Below, in pieces: positions 51,260-64,000 of a stretch of DNA of 64,000 bases. Within the stretch, counting starts at the first letter, position 1. Each line of letters starts with the position of its first letter. The stretch is taken from contig NW_003314391.1 of the NCBI RefSeq assembly GCF_000143415.4, positions 311,371 to 375,370 of the forward strand, written 5' to 3'. The stretch comes from Selaginella moellendorffii (lineage: Eukaryota > Plantae > Lycopodiophyta). The translations under genes were made by a program, and so were the position numbers. Under the pieces are notes generated by a model. That model saw only the letters and a list, made by a program, of their open reading frames with translations, was not told the DNA's origin and made no database searches.

Positions 51260-51726
51260 CGTCAACATCCGCAGGGACCATCGCAATGCTTTGTTTTAAT
51301 TAAACAGTCGGATTCCCCTTGTCCGTTCCAGTTCTGAGTCGGTTGTTCGATGCCTAGGGAATGCCCCCCGCGGGGAGGGGCGTTCTGCGTCCGTCACCAG
51401 GTCGGCACGCCGGGGCCCGCCCTCGCCGCGCAAGCAGCTCGGGCAGACCGCCAGCAGCCTACAGGGTCAAGCTGCAGACCCCTAAGCCCAACCCTCAGAG
51501 CCAATCCTTTTCCCGAAGTTACGGATCCATTTTGCCGACTTCCCTTACCTACATTGTTCCATCGACTAGAGGCTGCTCACCTTGGAGACCTGATGCGGTT
51601 ATGAGTACGACCGGGCAAGCTCAGCACTCGCTCCTCCAGATTTTCAAGGACCGCCGGGGGCGCACCGGACACCGCAGGACGTGCGGTGCTCTGCCGGCCG
51701 TGAGACCCTATCTCCGGTTGAACCGA
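51004..51726 (-). rRNA. Internal fragment of the nuclear 25S/28S rRNA gene (non-functional copy)
   Basis: Reverse complement of conserved LSU sequence: GTAACTTCGGGAAAAGGATTGGCTCTGAGG, CTCTCTTAAGGTAGCCAAATGCCTCGTC, GCGGGGAAAGAAGACCCTGTTGAGCTTGACTCTAGTCCGACTTTGT. Confidence 0.97.
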
Positions 51727-54700
51727 GACAACAATACAAGTATCAACAACCAGATAATTTGGAAGAACAAGATCACGATGATGAACTGGAAATTATCCCA
51801 GAAACCGAATGGAAGAAAAGCAAGAAAATACATAAAGCAATTCAAGCTGAATTGCAAGCACAAGATCCAGAAACAATCAAAGAACACGACAAACAATCAA
51901 ACAATCAAGAAACAAGAAGTTTTACCCAAGAGGAGCTGGTACCTGTTCAGCAGAAAGAAAAGTTTCATGTGGAAGAGCAAGCTGAAGCAAGGTTGAAGCA
52001 AAACCTGGTGGAAGATGAACAGCCTGATCAGATTGAGCAACCAGCAGAAGAAGACGAAGACCTGCAGTGGATAAAGGAGTTTCAGACGCAGGAACTTGAG
52101 GTGGTGCTTCCGAAGTTTTGTGAGCAGACGGAGCAGAAGAAAAATTCAGTGCCAAAGTTTGACGTGGAATAGGCAGCAGCTGGTCAAGCTGGCTTGGAGC
52201 AGAAAGCTGTTGTGAAGAAGAAAGAAGAAGATGTTAGACAACAAAGAGGTGTAGAAGTTCAGAACCTTGTGGAGCAGCCATCAAGAGGAGCCGTATACCC
52301 AGGCCAAAGTTTGAACTTGAAGGTGGCTGGTGTGAAGTTGGTGAAGAGACGAGGAAGTGTGTTTCTCAGGTTCTGGTGGGACAGAGGCAAGCTGGTTGCA
52401 TCCTTTGTAGCTCTGTAGGAGTAGAGGAAGTAAGTAGTAAAGCAGCAAAACTGAAAGCCGTCCAGGAGAAGTTGTGGCTGTTTCAAGTCGGATGTTTAAA
52501 GTTTCGAGAAGAGGCGTTTGTGCAACTGATCTCGGGAAGAAGCTGGTCAAATTCAGATCACAAGACTTTGAGGAAGCAGCTCAGACTTATAAAGAGGAGG
52601 AAGAGGAGGAGGAGCCACATGAGGGAGCAGCTACCCACGATGCAGCAATGGAGCAGTGACTGCGGGACGCAGCACAAGGCAGTCGTGGGAGAGTGGAGAA
52701 GGTAGAAAAAGACAAGCTCGAGGATTCAAGCTTAGGAAAGTAAACTTGAGAGGTTCAAGGTTAGGACTGTATTCCTAACCTTGACGTGAGCAGTAGCGAC
52801 TATAAAAGTAGGACTTAGAATGTTTTTAGATGGATCCCTAATACAAAATACATTGCAATACATTGTCATTCTACCTATCTCTTTGGCTTTTCACAGCAAT
52901 GTCTTACTTACCCACCGCCTTCAAGGGATCAAAGGCGTGGGACTAGCACCTTCAAGCACTTGTTCACAGTCTCTACTTGGCTTGGCACAAGCAGATAAGT
53001 GCATTCATTTCGTAGTGTAGTTTTAGTTTTAGGGACTAGATTAGATTTGAAACTCCTAGGAAGATCTCGTGTGGACGTTTCCTCCCAGTTTAGAGATTTC
53101 AGGAGTTTTCAGCGTGGTGATGGTTTGGAATATGAGGACACTCATATTTCGGTGGTCATGGACTCTCAGTGGGGAAACTGGTTTGGGCACACCGCCAAGC
53201 GAAGGATGCCTCGGAGTCGTGATGCACGGTTAGATTGCTTAGTGTGAAAGCTCAGCATATCTAACTTGAACGCTTTGGTGCAAGTGGCACCAAGGACGTG
53301 GTGAGTGAGATGGGGACACCTAATCTCAGTTGCTATGAACCCTTGGCCATAAGGGTTGGCTTGGGTGCACCGCCAAGTGTGGGGGATGCCCCCGGGGTTA
53401 TAGTCAACAATTTGAAGGTCTAGAAGACCTAGTACCTATTGGCAAACTTGTTAAGGTGCCGAGGTGAGATCACTAGGTGATCTTGTGGCTAAATAAGGAC
53501 AATGTCTTTGTTTGGGTTAAGGAATAAGGTTCCTAGTTCAAAGTGTTGATTTGAACTATTGGTGATGGTGTGGCTTGGTCAAGGTGACCAAGTGGGAAAA
53601 GCACCTTAGGGAAGTAAGCTATGTCATTGCGATGGCATAGTGTGAGCAAGGAAAGTAGTCTCTATAAGAGACCCATGGGAGGGTCACAAGTTAGGCCGTG
53701 GATAGAGCCCACAGCAGAAGGTGCCAAAGAGACTTACTAGGGGTGAACACCCTAGTCTTGGCAAAGCAAAGCCTTTGCTATGGAATCAAAGGAATACCTC
53801 AAAGAGGGAGGTAGACATTCGGTGTTGCTGGGTGCAACAATCAACGGATAGGAGCAAAAGATGAGTGGCCAGGATAGGGCCGTGGAATCCCTTGGAAGGA
53901 ATCCAAGTGGCAAAGTTAGGCGAGGAACACTAATGTGTTGGACGCTAACAAATTGCGGGAAAAGAAGTGTGTTTCCAAGGATGGATTCCGAATTGCTCCG
54001 ATTTGGCAAAAGTGGAAGCTCCAAGGGAGGGAGCAGTAAGGTAGCCAAATGATAGGGCCATGGACAGCCCTAGCACAAAGTATGATAAATGGAACTTAGT
54101 GCCCAAGGTGGCACGAAATAGAAGAGAGGATGATGGTGCCCTCAAGTAATGAACTTCCTAGGATGGGGAAGTGGAGTTGCACAATCGGTGCAATGCAAGG
54201 TGTTGGAGACACCTAGGAAATTGACTTCCAAAAGTCAAAAGGGTAAAAGTTTCAAGGTGCAAAACATTCAATAGATGGAAATTGAAATTACTCTAGAAGG
54301 AGTAGTGGGATTGACGTAGAGAAGGGTCTCTAAGAGGTTTAGCGGGAACTAAACCAATAAAAGGAGAGAACCACTACATGTGGTCCAATCAGTCTCTAAG
54401 TTGGAGAAACTACCCTCCTTAGAGGATGGGCAAGGCATGGTGAGCCTTTGGTGTCAAACCATTGAGGAATATGCAAAAGGCATGGTGAGCCTTCAATGTC
54501 AAACCCTTGACAAATATTGGCTAGGTGCCAAGGATGGAAATGGTAACACATGCGGGTGCTACTTTATAAAATGGTTTACCGTTCGATGAGGACATCGAAC
54601 TTCGTCTATGGGTGGTGGAGTTGTGAGACACAAAGTCCCTAGGCCCCAGAGTGGAGCTGGAGGGGTGCCACGTGGTAGTGGCCGAAGCGAAAGCCAAACG

Positions 54701-54851
54701 AGCGTAAAACGTTTGGACTAAAAGCTCCGACTTGAAAGGTTGAGAGCGGGAGTGGAACTCCCAACAAAGTGTTCAAGGAACGAGCACGAAGCGAGCAATA
54801 AGCGAGGCTCCAAAAAGGGACCCAAAGAGACCAACACATGACACGTGGAAG

Positions 54852-55340
54852 TGTCCGAGATGGACCCGAGTTGGAGTCCGAAGTGGAGTCCGAGATGGAG
54901 TCCGAGATGGAGTCCGAGATGGAGTCCGAGGTGGAGTCCGAGGTGGAGTCCGAGGCGGACCCGAGATGGACCTGAGATGGAGTCCGAGGTGGAGTCCGAG
55001 GTGGACCCGAGATGGACCCGAAATGGAGTCCGAGATGGAGTCCGAGATGGACCCGAGATGGAGTCCGAGATGGAGTCCGAGATGGACCCGAGATGGACCC
55101 GAGATGGGACCCGAGATGGACCCGAGACGGAGTCCGAGGCGGACCCGAGACGGAGTCCGAGGTGGAGTCCGAGATGGAGTCCGAGATAGAGTCCGAGTTG
55201 GAGTCCGAGATGGACCCGAGATGGAGTCCAAAGTCGAGACCGGGACCAAGACCGAGACCGGGACCGAGACCGAGACCGAGACCGAGATCGGGACCGAGAA
55301 CGAGGCCGAGCCCAAGTCCGAGTCCGACTCCGAGTCCGGA
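54852..55340. repeat. Same 12-bp/6-bp satellite in the 3' LTR of A, different copy number
   Basis: Direct tandem array; the 3' LTR is 83 bp shorter than the 5' LTR. Confidence 0.95.
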
Positions 55341-56521
55341 GCCTGAGAGGGTGAAAGCCCAAAGCGTTCGTCTCCCAGACCCTGGGGGGTTTGGTGAGCT
55401 CCAAAAGTATAGTAGGGGGAGGACTGTAGTGGAGCCAGTTTGGCCAGGAAAGGCCAGTTTGGCCCAGGAAGGCCGGACCCAGTGTTGGGTGATGAGCTGC
55501 CCACTGGGAAGTCCAAAACTAGAGTGAACATGGACCGACAAGTGGGGTAGATTGGTGAAGTGTTCAAGAGCCGGCTCTAGTTCCCCCGGGAGATCGACTG
55601 GCCGATGCTCCCATTCCAAGTGTGGGTGGCACTACCTACTTGGATACCAGGCGTGGCTCAACGGAACCTCGCTCTAAGCCCATGGCTAGAGCACCTAAAG
55701 GCGAGAGGTGGGGAGAGTACCCAGGTGGCTCACATAAGGCCACGGTGTTCCGAAATGGTGTCCCAAAGTCCCAGACTGTGGAAAGGAAGAGGGGTAGCCC
55801 TCTGGTGGGGTGACCAAGGACACAGTCACACAGTGAGGAAGTCCTCGAGGATAGTGGGACTTAGTGGTCGGGCCGGTGGGCCTTGATCCAATGGCAGTGT
55901 TGGCGAACACAGCCAAGGATAGAAAGGGACTTGGTGGGGACCAGAACAGAGATATTGAGGAAGGCTATTCCCCATGTCTGTAGGCATCCTAAGGAGGTTA
56001 AGGAGTGGATCTGGGATGATCCCTCATGGACGGATGACCCAGTCTTTGAGAGACGGGATTGGAATGCAGGTGGTGTTGGACCACCAGTGTGACCAAGGTA
56101 ATTGGGCATGGCCTTAGCGTAACGGGCCGATATGTCGGTGGTACCTTGGGGTGTCGATCATGGGATCGGACACGTGGAGCACTTGGACCAAGTGCTAAGG
56201 TTGAGTGGCATGGATGCCATTCTTGGGGCTAGCAAGCCCCAAGTCCTGAGTTGGACTTATGGAGGTTGTGAATGAGACTCCTCCAAGTGGTCGGGGGTGT
56301 GGTTAAGTAACTAAAGTAGAATGGAAAAATTAGTCGCTTACAACTGCGTCCCTAGCAAATGATGGATAGGAAGTGCTATCCAAATGTCTAAGGTTGCGGA
56401 GATGGGAGAAGTCCGTCTACCCGAATTGAACAAAGCCAAAAATTGATTTTAGCAAGGCTAGTGATAGGCATATAAAGGCTCATAAGTAACAATGTTAATT
56501 CTGATATATAAGATTATAAAG

Positions 56522-59090
56522 TGTAGCACACGTGGTTTTGACCCTTTATCCTATGGTGATTTACCATAGGATAACACCATGAAGCGGAACCTAAATTCTT
56601 TTTGTGCCACGTGACAGATGCCACGTGTCACATGCCACGTGTCTATGCCACGTGTCCATAGGAACCCGAGGTTCAGGGCCTTGGGCCACAAAACAAAGGA
56701 ACGGTGCCAAACTCCCAAGCATGGAGCCAAGGAGTGACGGAACCGAACCACAGAGCAACTCCCAAGCATAAAGCCCAAGGAGCGAAAGGACAGGAGCCCG
56801 AAGCAACTTGGAACAGTCCTAGAGTAACCAGCATCCCAATGCTAGGACTAGCACGCAAAACGGAGCCAAACGAAGTCTAGCGCTATTTCAGCATACTGGT
56901 GGCCTAATGCGAGGACATGGGTACTCTACCAGCTAGCATGGAATGGAACTTGGGCTTAGACCCAAGCCGGACGCAGAACAAAGACAGGCACGCAAGCGGG
57001 AGCTAGACTATGCCTCAGGTTGGTCAGCCATGCTCGACCTACCCACTATCCCTACTATACATTTGGAACCCCCCAAAGCCAGCCCCCCCCCTGAGGAACA
57101 CACGCTTTGGGCTTTCACCCCAAGCCTCCCTTAGTATCAGAAGTTAGTCTCTAGGACAAGCTCGAAACTTACCAAATATGGAATGTCTTTAAATTGCGAA
57201 TTTGGACACAGGACGAACACCATTGTGTTCAAGCCAATCTCTACATTCCGTAGATATGCCAAATGAGCAAATCTGGACACTTTCCATAAATAGCATTTGG
57301 GACTGAAATAAGACTAACACAAAGGGCATGATAGCGAGGGTGTTTGGCAGACACAGTAAGCTATCATCTAGTGATATTGAGGGACCAATCTCAATATCAC
57401 GGGGGTTCTTGATACTAGCAAGTGCAAGACAATGACACAAGTTTCTCAAACCAGGCCGAGTATGCTCAACAAGAAACACATAGGGTTCCTACCTTATGTT
57501 TATCCAATCTAAGTGCATGTTCATTGACCAGTTTCTCAACTAGCTCAAGTGGTAAACTGATAATGGGTCCAGCAATACCGACCTCCTGCCATCGTGGCAG
57601 TAAGGAAAGAATATCCGAAAGGACTAGCCGACAGGTAACTTTCGATACCCAAAGTCACATTCGCAACACTCTCCCCTAGGGAAGATCGACGTCCTCGTCG
57701 ATGCATACTCGAGTCTAGAATACCGCCAAGGAAACAACTTTAGGAAAAGTTCACGGTATTCACACTATGTGAGAAATGCACCAACTTAAATGAGTTAGGG
57801 GGAAACCTCTTTGTCTAACGCGGATGCGCTACCAGCTCAGACACCTTCCGGCCATCGCCAACAAGGAAATGACCAACGGAGTCAGCCACCCTTGCTGCTC
57901 TGGAAGTCACCCAGCTTACAAAAGTGTGATACGCCCCTGCCTGCAGGAACATAGAGAGAGAAGCCAGAGGCCCCAACCCTCCTGAGCAAAGAAACCAAAC
58001 CCGTCGGTAAGGTTTAGATAGATTACTATAAACAGGCAGTTCGAGTTGTTTACACGGTCACGCCCTTTCACGAGAACAAGGAACATCGACAGAGAGGCGG
58101 GTTATGTGACCAGTCGACAGTAGCTACCCCATGACTAGAGATTTCACCATGCATACGAAGTGCCGAAGCCAGTCTGCCTATATCAGCCCAAAACTCAAAC
58201 GATCACCAAACGAATGGACCATATCAAAGTCCGAGACACATGAATATCTCAGAAGCTTCAAGTATCAAGTGATTATTATCTTAGACGTAGACCAGAAAAG
58301 TATTCTAAGCAAGTTATCATCCGATAAACTAGTAGTATAGTACAGGAACCACCAAAATCATCATGTTTGGAAAACATAGGATTGACTATCCAACAAAATT
58401 CAATAGCAAGTATATCATCAAGTAAACTCAAGGATGAAACTTAACTACCGAAGATAGCAGACAGTAAGGCAACAACTTACTAAAGATAACTCAAAGAAAA
58501 CAAAGTATCATTGACTGACAAGCACAATGCTTGCAAATGTATCACCTGAAGGAAATAACATCCCAACCTATCAGAACTAACTCGAGTAATAATCAATAGA
58601 ACAGAATGAATGCGGTAAGATCAACAAACACCCATTCATGCCAACTATCACACTAGCCAATTCGAATAGATCCCAGCTAACAACACTAACGAACTCAAGT
58701 TGCCTAAGCAAGTGTTAACAACATCCTAAGGCCCACAGGCTCGACCACTAAATCCCATTGTCCTCTGGGATTTCCTCACCACATGATTGTGTCCTTGATC
58801 ACTACACCAAAGGATTGTTCTTCTTCCTTTCCACAGTCTGGGACTTTGGGATAACATTTTGAAACACCATAGCCCTATGCGAGCTTTATAGGTACTCTCC
58901 CCACCTTCTGCCTTTGGGTGCTCTAACCATGAGCTTAGAGCGAGGTTCTATTGAGCCATGCTAGATATCCAAGTAAATAGTGCCACCCATGCTTGGATTG
59001 GGAGCATCGACCATTCGATCTCCTAAGGGAACTAGAGCTAGCTTTTGAACACTTAACCAAGCTACCTCACTTATCGGTCTGTATTCACTC
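56522..59090. mobile_element. Degenerate LTR-element relics related to A (boundaries approximate)
   Basis: 57040-57125 and 58730-59090 are reverse-complement matches to A-LTR segments at about 39395-39470 and 39570-39935. 58090-58720 matches 35706-35815 plus 36542-37030. Confidence 0.6.
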
Positions 59091-61851
59091 TCACATTTTG
59101 CTCTAAAATGGATCAATTGAAAAGCAAGCATTCAATGATTCAATGATGCAATGGTAGCAAGATGTTACTTTGACCAACACTAGGAGATCTACACTTGGTT
59201 GAGCAGTATGAGATGGATATTCTAGGACTTCTTATGGGGGTGGCACATGCCTAATCTTAAGGGCAACAACCAGGCTCACTAAGATCATGAGGCATATATG
59301 GATGCTCTTATAAGCACAAAAAGAATTAGTAGAAAGCCAAAAAACTGGTATGAAAAGGGCATCTAAACTGAAGTTTTTATTTATAATTTAATTACATTTA
59401 AAAGTTTTAAGTAATTATTAATTTCTACTTTTACCAGCTATTTTATAGAATAAACTGGAAATGCCAAAGACCGTTTCAAAAGTGGATACACTCAGAATTT
59501 AACTCATATTAATTTCTAGATAGAAAATTAAATTATTGCATAAATTGCACAATCTTTACATCCTTATATAGCATCCTCTCAGATCCGTACTCTTGGATGT
59601 TCTTGGTGGCCAATCAATTGAAAAGGAAAAGGGGTAATATTTTGCATTTGTGACTCCAACCTGTGGCCCAAAGCTTAATTGAGCCAAGCTCAATTAAATT
59701 TTTTATTGTTAGTAAATGAAAAAGCCATAAGGAAGGAAGAACTTTATGAGATGAAAAAACTCCTTGAATTATATAGAGTTGGCAAGAGAAAAAACATAAA
59801 ACAAAAAAAAACCCTATGCAAGCTATTGTGCTCAAGACATTTCTGGTCTCCACCTCTTTCAGAGGCCTCCTCTCCAGCTTGAGCATGCCACACCCCAACA
59901 AAGGAAAAAGAAATAAAACTTTTAAAACTCTTCAGAGTCACCATCTTAGAAGATCTTGCCCCAACCTCTTTCATATCACCTGATCCAGGAGGTTGACACA
60001 TGAGAATTAAAAACAGGTATCTTTACATCAGTTTTTTTACCTGATGTTTGCAATATCCACCTCGAAAGAGTGGCCTAAGTGGTTTCTACACTGCAAAAAG
60101 ACCCTTCTCCTTGTACTGCCATTGCATTCCCTTCTTGTGCACGACCATGGCTACAGACACAGCCATGTTGGAGCTATAACATCCAGGATGAAACTGGAAA
60201 GTGCGCTGAAGAAAAAAAAAACTCTTGCTGCCCTTGGAAACATAAGCAGGAATAACTGCAAGTAGCAAGCGAGCTCGCTCTATCTTTGTTGCTCCCTATT
60301 GCAAGCCGAGGTCCAGGGATTGTAGCTACCATTCTGTGGGGGGAGCAAGTACATCACCATGTAGTTCTCTAGAAAGAAGCTCCTATGCTGTATGAAAGTT
60401 GACTGAACTTTGTAGTTGGTAGCACGTTTTTCTAAAGTTGTGATACTTCATTTTTAACACACAATCTGCTTTAAAAGCCTTCAGCAATGCAGCGTTGGAG
60501 TTCCATTGGAGATGAATTCCTGCAGCTCTCAATATAACACCCCAAAGAACATCTTTTCTTCCAATCTCTTGGATTCGCATTTGCCATTGCTGCCAGATCA
60601 TCTACAGAGATCACTCTTTCGAAGCTCTGTGCCTACATTTCATTCACCAGCAATCCTCAACATGATTTTTCCCACAACCATGGTTACTGAGTCTCCCCTG
60701 GACCTGTAATCTTGAGCCTCTGTAGATGATTATTTATGGCCATTTCTATAAATTCCACCAAGTTCTAGTTGTAGAGATGGAAGCATTCAAGGTTCTTCTT
60801 TGATCTTGATATCTCAATCTGCTTGGCCCGTGAATCCTCCTCCTCAAGCACAAGAGATGATGTCCATCCCAGGCTCCAAGTTTGTCAGTGCAGTTCCACC
60901 ATATGGGAAGCCATACTTCACATCAAGCCAACAGGGCATTGGACAGATGGTAGAACAAATTCCATTGTTGCTAACCTTTTCTTGAGCCTTACACCAAATT
61001 TCCAATGCATAGCATGTATCCAAGATATCCAATTTACTTGTCAACACATCTGAAGTGCTATTAATTTTTCAAATCTCAAGTGTTAGGTGATGTCAGTAAT
61101 GATAATTCTTCAATGATATAAATTTGATTCATAATATGAGTCAAGTTATATCCATAAGTGTGAACATTAACTGCAAACACTGCTCAATAATATTTAGAGC
61201 ACGTGCCTATAGTTTAGGTTCTTGCACAACACAAAATAAATTTATAGATGAGGATCCATCCAATTTAACAGCATATTTAATATGGTAATATAACATGCCT
61301 TATTTATACTCTTTAAAGTTCTAGTAACGAATCTAAAACATGTATGAAATATTGATGAGAATGCATCCTTTATATAAAATTTGAAGAAATTAATATTATA
61401 TCTCTAATAACTTAAACATTGACATGAGCTAGTTATATTATCATTAAAATATAAAAAATAAAGAATTATGATTGAGATAAAATATATTTTTTATCATGAT
61501 AAGATAAAATAGGATCTATGATATACTGATATGGTGATAGTGATATGATGATGTGGTGATTTAAGTTATTTGGAATGAATGGCTGCAAGTTAGCTGCCAA
61601 GATTATAGTTAAAGTAGCCATTGTTTGTGCTGAGCATGGGAGTGATTGAATGCACAAGAGATTGAGAGCAAATGATCATTTACACGAGATTTAGGATGCA
61701 AGTGATTGAGCATGCAAAAAATTGAGTTGAGGGCACGAAAGATTTAGTGCAAGATCTAGAAGGGTGATGAAGAACTATGCTACTTGGAATTTATCTAGAG
61801 GTATGACATCACTCTTAATCTTGTGTTTGCCACATTAACATTTAGTATGTT

Positions 61852-62064
61852 NNNNNNNNNNNNNNNNNNNNNNNNNNNNNNNNNNNNNNNNNNNNNNNNN
61901 NNNNNNNNNNNNNNNNNNNNNNNNNNNNNNNNNNNNNNNNNNNNNNNNNNNNNNNNNNNNNNNNNNNNNNNNNNNNNNNNNNNNNNNNNNNNNNNNNNNN
62001 NNNNNNNNNNNNNNNNNNNNNNNNNNNNNNNNNNNNNNNNNNNNNNNNNNNNNNNNNNNNNNNN
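61852..62064. other. Assembly gap
   Basis: Run of N bases. Confidence 1.
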
Positions 62065-63114
62065 GAAAGGCAAAGTTTTTTGGTAATGCTTTGCTTTAGT
62101 GTTTAGGATTATGCATTTTTGTTCTTATTTTCTCATTCTTTTTTAGATCTAAATTTGTATTAGCTTTTTGCAAGATCTAGAATTTTAAATATAGTTGTGT
62201 TTAGATTTGCTCTTCTTTTGATCTTCATTGCATTCTCTTCTTCTACTATACCTCGCTGTCATTGATCAAAAAGGATATCACTTGAGATTGCTAATATTGC
62301 TTCATTAGATCAAACTTTTGGTGCTATAGGGTGTAATTATGTTGGTGTTACACCCATCCTTGGTGTGTTCCCGTCTCTAACTTCTGTGGGACATGATTAC
62401 ATAGCTTATCATGTTCTCAATGTTTTTCCATCTTTTGTTGATGTGAAGGATGATTGTGCATTGATTGGTGTGCTATGGATGATGCAGTCTAGTTCTTGGA
62501 GAATGTTTGAGGATGAATTTATAGGAAGATGATGTGTATGAGCTTGAATGGATTCTAGATAGAACTTGATTATTATAGAAATAGTTTTGGATATGAAGTG
62601 GAGATTTCACGGGGTAGGTGTCAATCATTCAATTTGCCATTTGATTCTTTTTCTTTACCTTCTACTCTTTCCCAACATTTTCTTATTTTTCAAACTTGAA
62701 CCACCTTCTTATGTTCTTAGTATTTCTTTCTTGTTTACAATGTTTTTTTCTCCTAACACATTAATCATTTATGACTTTGATAATTCTCATTCTTAATCCA
62801 GTGTTGAGTTGAGTGTTTTTTGTCCTTTTCATACTAATTTGGATGTTGAGTGTATGTATGAAATTGAGAATCTTGTTTTTGTTTCATTAGTAGAGTTTAT
62901 GATCAGTTTTGGTATTAAATATTCCATTGTTCCAAGGGTTGAGTCACTTTGGCCAGAGTTTTAGGTTGAATGCATATCCCCATTTATGAGTGTCATTAAG
63001 AGCCTTTACTTTACCATTACTATTGAGAAGTTTATGTATTCCCTTGAGCATATAGATATTGTTATTGATTTTCCCATCTCAAATATTGAGTTATGTGTTA
63101 AGAAGGTTGAGTAG

Positions 63115-64000
63115 TGTCAAGACTCCCAACAAGATCAAGACTGGAAAATGCAAAAGACAAAAAGAAAAGCTAGTGGAAACAAAGAAGAAACCTTAGACTG
63201 GCATTGATTCAGATTGTGGAGAAATGGAATAAGGCTAATCTATATATACTATAAGTTGATGAAGCTCCACCACTCTTGAATCGAGGACGGCCTAAATATA
63301 GCTGAGGTCGAGGAGGCGCCACATCATCATCAGGAATATGGCTCGAGACTCAGGAATCGTATGGGAAATTAAGAGTTAGGAATAGGGAAGTGTCTAGAGA
63401 GTCAAGAATAGGGAAGTGTCTCGAGAGTCAGAAATGTGGTCTGTAGGTCAGGAATCCGGTGAGAGTCAAGAATGTGGCAAGAATTGGGGGATTCCTAACA
63501 ACACCCCCTCCTCAAGAACGAGTGAAATGAGGACGTGAATGAGAACGAAGAAGAGGATGAGATGGGCAGCGAGGGACGGGAGATGGAGAAAAAGAATGAG
63601 GACTGGGACAAGAAGGATAGTGGCAGTGGAAGTCCTGAACAAGGTCAAGAGAATGAATATGGTTGTCCGCAGGTTCCCAAGTGTGTTCTTCAGGTCCATA
63701 ACCCTTCTAGTCGACCAGATAGTAGAGTTTAGACTGTGAGATCTTGGAATCAAGGATGTCCTAAACCTCATACTCAGACCCATCCTTGAGCTGCACTGGT
63801 GGAGGCAGAGGAATGACTTGATTTGGAATAGGACTGGGAATATAAAGCTCAAGGAGAGAGGAGTGAAAAATGGGGTGAATTTGATATGAGGAGGGAAGTG
63901 CAAGGCGATAAGTGACAAGATTAATGATGGCAGTGATAGGGAAAGGACCGAGGTGTTGAAATCAAGTTTGGGACATGGCCTAGTGTGGAGATATTCGCCT
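63115..64000 (-). mobile_element. 3' end of a Gypsy chromovirus (integrase C-terminus + chromodomain, PPT, 3' LTR), degenerate
   Basis: Minus strand TYRLALPSSYQIHPIFHSSLLE and EYEV*DILDSK..LYYLVD*KGYGPEEHTWEP. PPT GAGGAGGGGG next to an LTR at about 63115-63500 with TG..CA ends. Confidence 0.85.

Larger units (their letters stand above)
42998..53111 (+). mobile_element. LTR retrotransposon B nested in A
   Basis: 418-bp LTRs at 42998-43415 and 52694-53111 (TG..CA, 9 mismatches counted by eye). TSD GCGTG at 42993-42997 and 53112-53116. PBS TGGCGACCACGGTGGGA (tRNA-Arg type), PPT GGGAGAG. Confidence 0.95.
38591..56342 (+). mobile_element. LTR retrotransposon A (apparently non-autonomous, LARD/Gypsy-like)
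   Basis: LTRs 38591-40394 and 54622-56342 (TGTGAG..CTTACA). TSD ACTGC at 38586-38590 and 56343-56347. PBS TGGTATCGGAGCC at about 40398, PPT GGGTGGTGGAG. No recognisable pol. Confidence 0.95.

Noticed and set aside
50911-51996. ORFs overlapping the rDNA fragment
   Set aside because: Spurious translations of 28S rRNA sequence.
59100-63110. Possible degenerate gene or LINE remnants around the gap
   Set aside because: No motif strong enough to support a call without a search.

Overview
Eukaryotic plant genomic DNA. The very compact genes, 40-80 nt introns and intronless PLS-type PPR genes suggest a lycophyte such as Selaginella (inference). 1-20.3 kb is gene-dense: two atypical nucleoredoxin-like Trx+C1 genes, a Tas-like aldo-keto reductase, two PPR genes, PEX1, an At5g19025-like gene and a class III peroxidase. 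22-31 kb holds an orphan spliced gene with a fungal/prokaryote-like motif pattern, a run of unrelated pseudogene fragments (RsgA, MED18, MFAP1, DIM1) and a UDP-glycosyltransferase. 31.5-64 kb is nested transposon DNA: a TRIM, a degenerate 5S-rRNA-bearing Cassandra-like array, LTR element A (38591-56342, TSD ACTGC) containing LTR element B (42998-53111, TSD GCGTG), and a chromovirus 3' end. The main finding lies inside B: a 5'-truncated L1/Tx1-type LINE with an open RT frame, then two tandem ~1.65 kb non-coding units, then a 25S/28S rDNA fragment. The LINE and both units end in the same double-hairpin tail, and each is followed by the same 16-17 nt rDNA sequence (ACAAAGTCGGACTAGA[G]). This is the footprint of a site-specific retroelement pair (autonomous plus non-autonomous) inserting antisense into one large-subunit rRNA site about 150 nt downstream of the R2 site. 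All calls are from reading the sequence; no searches were run.
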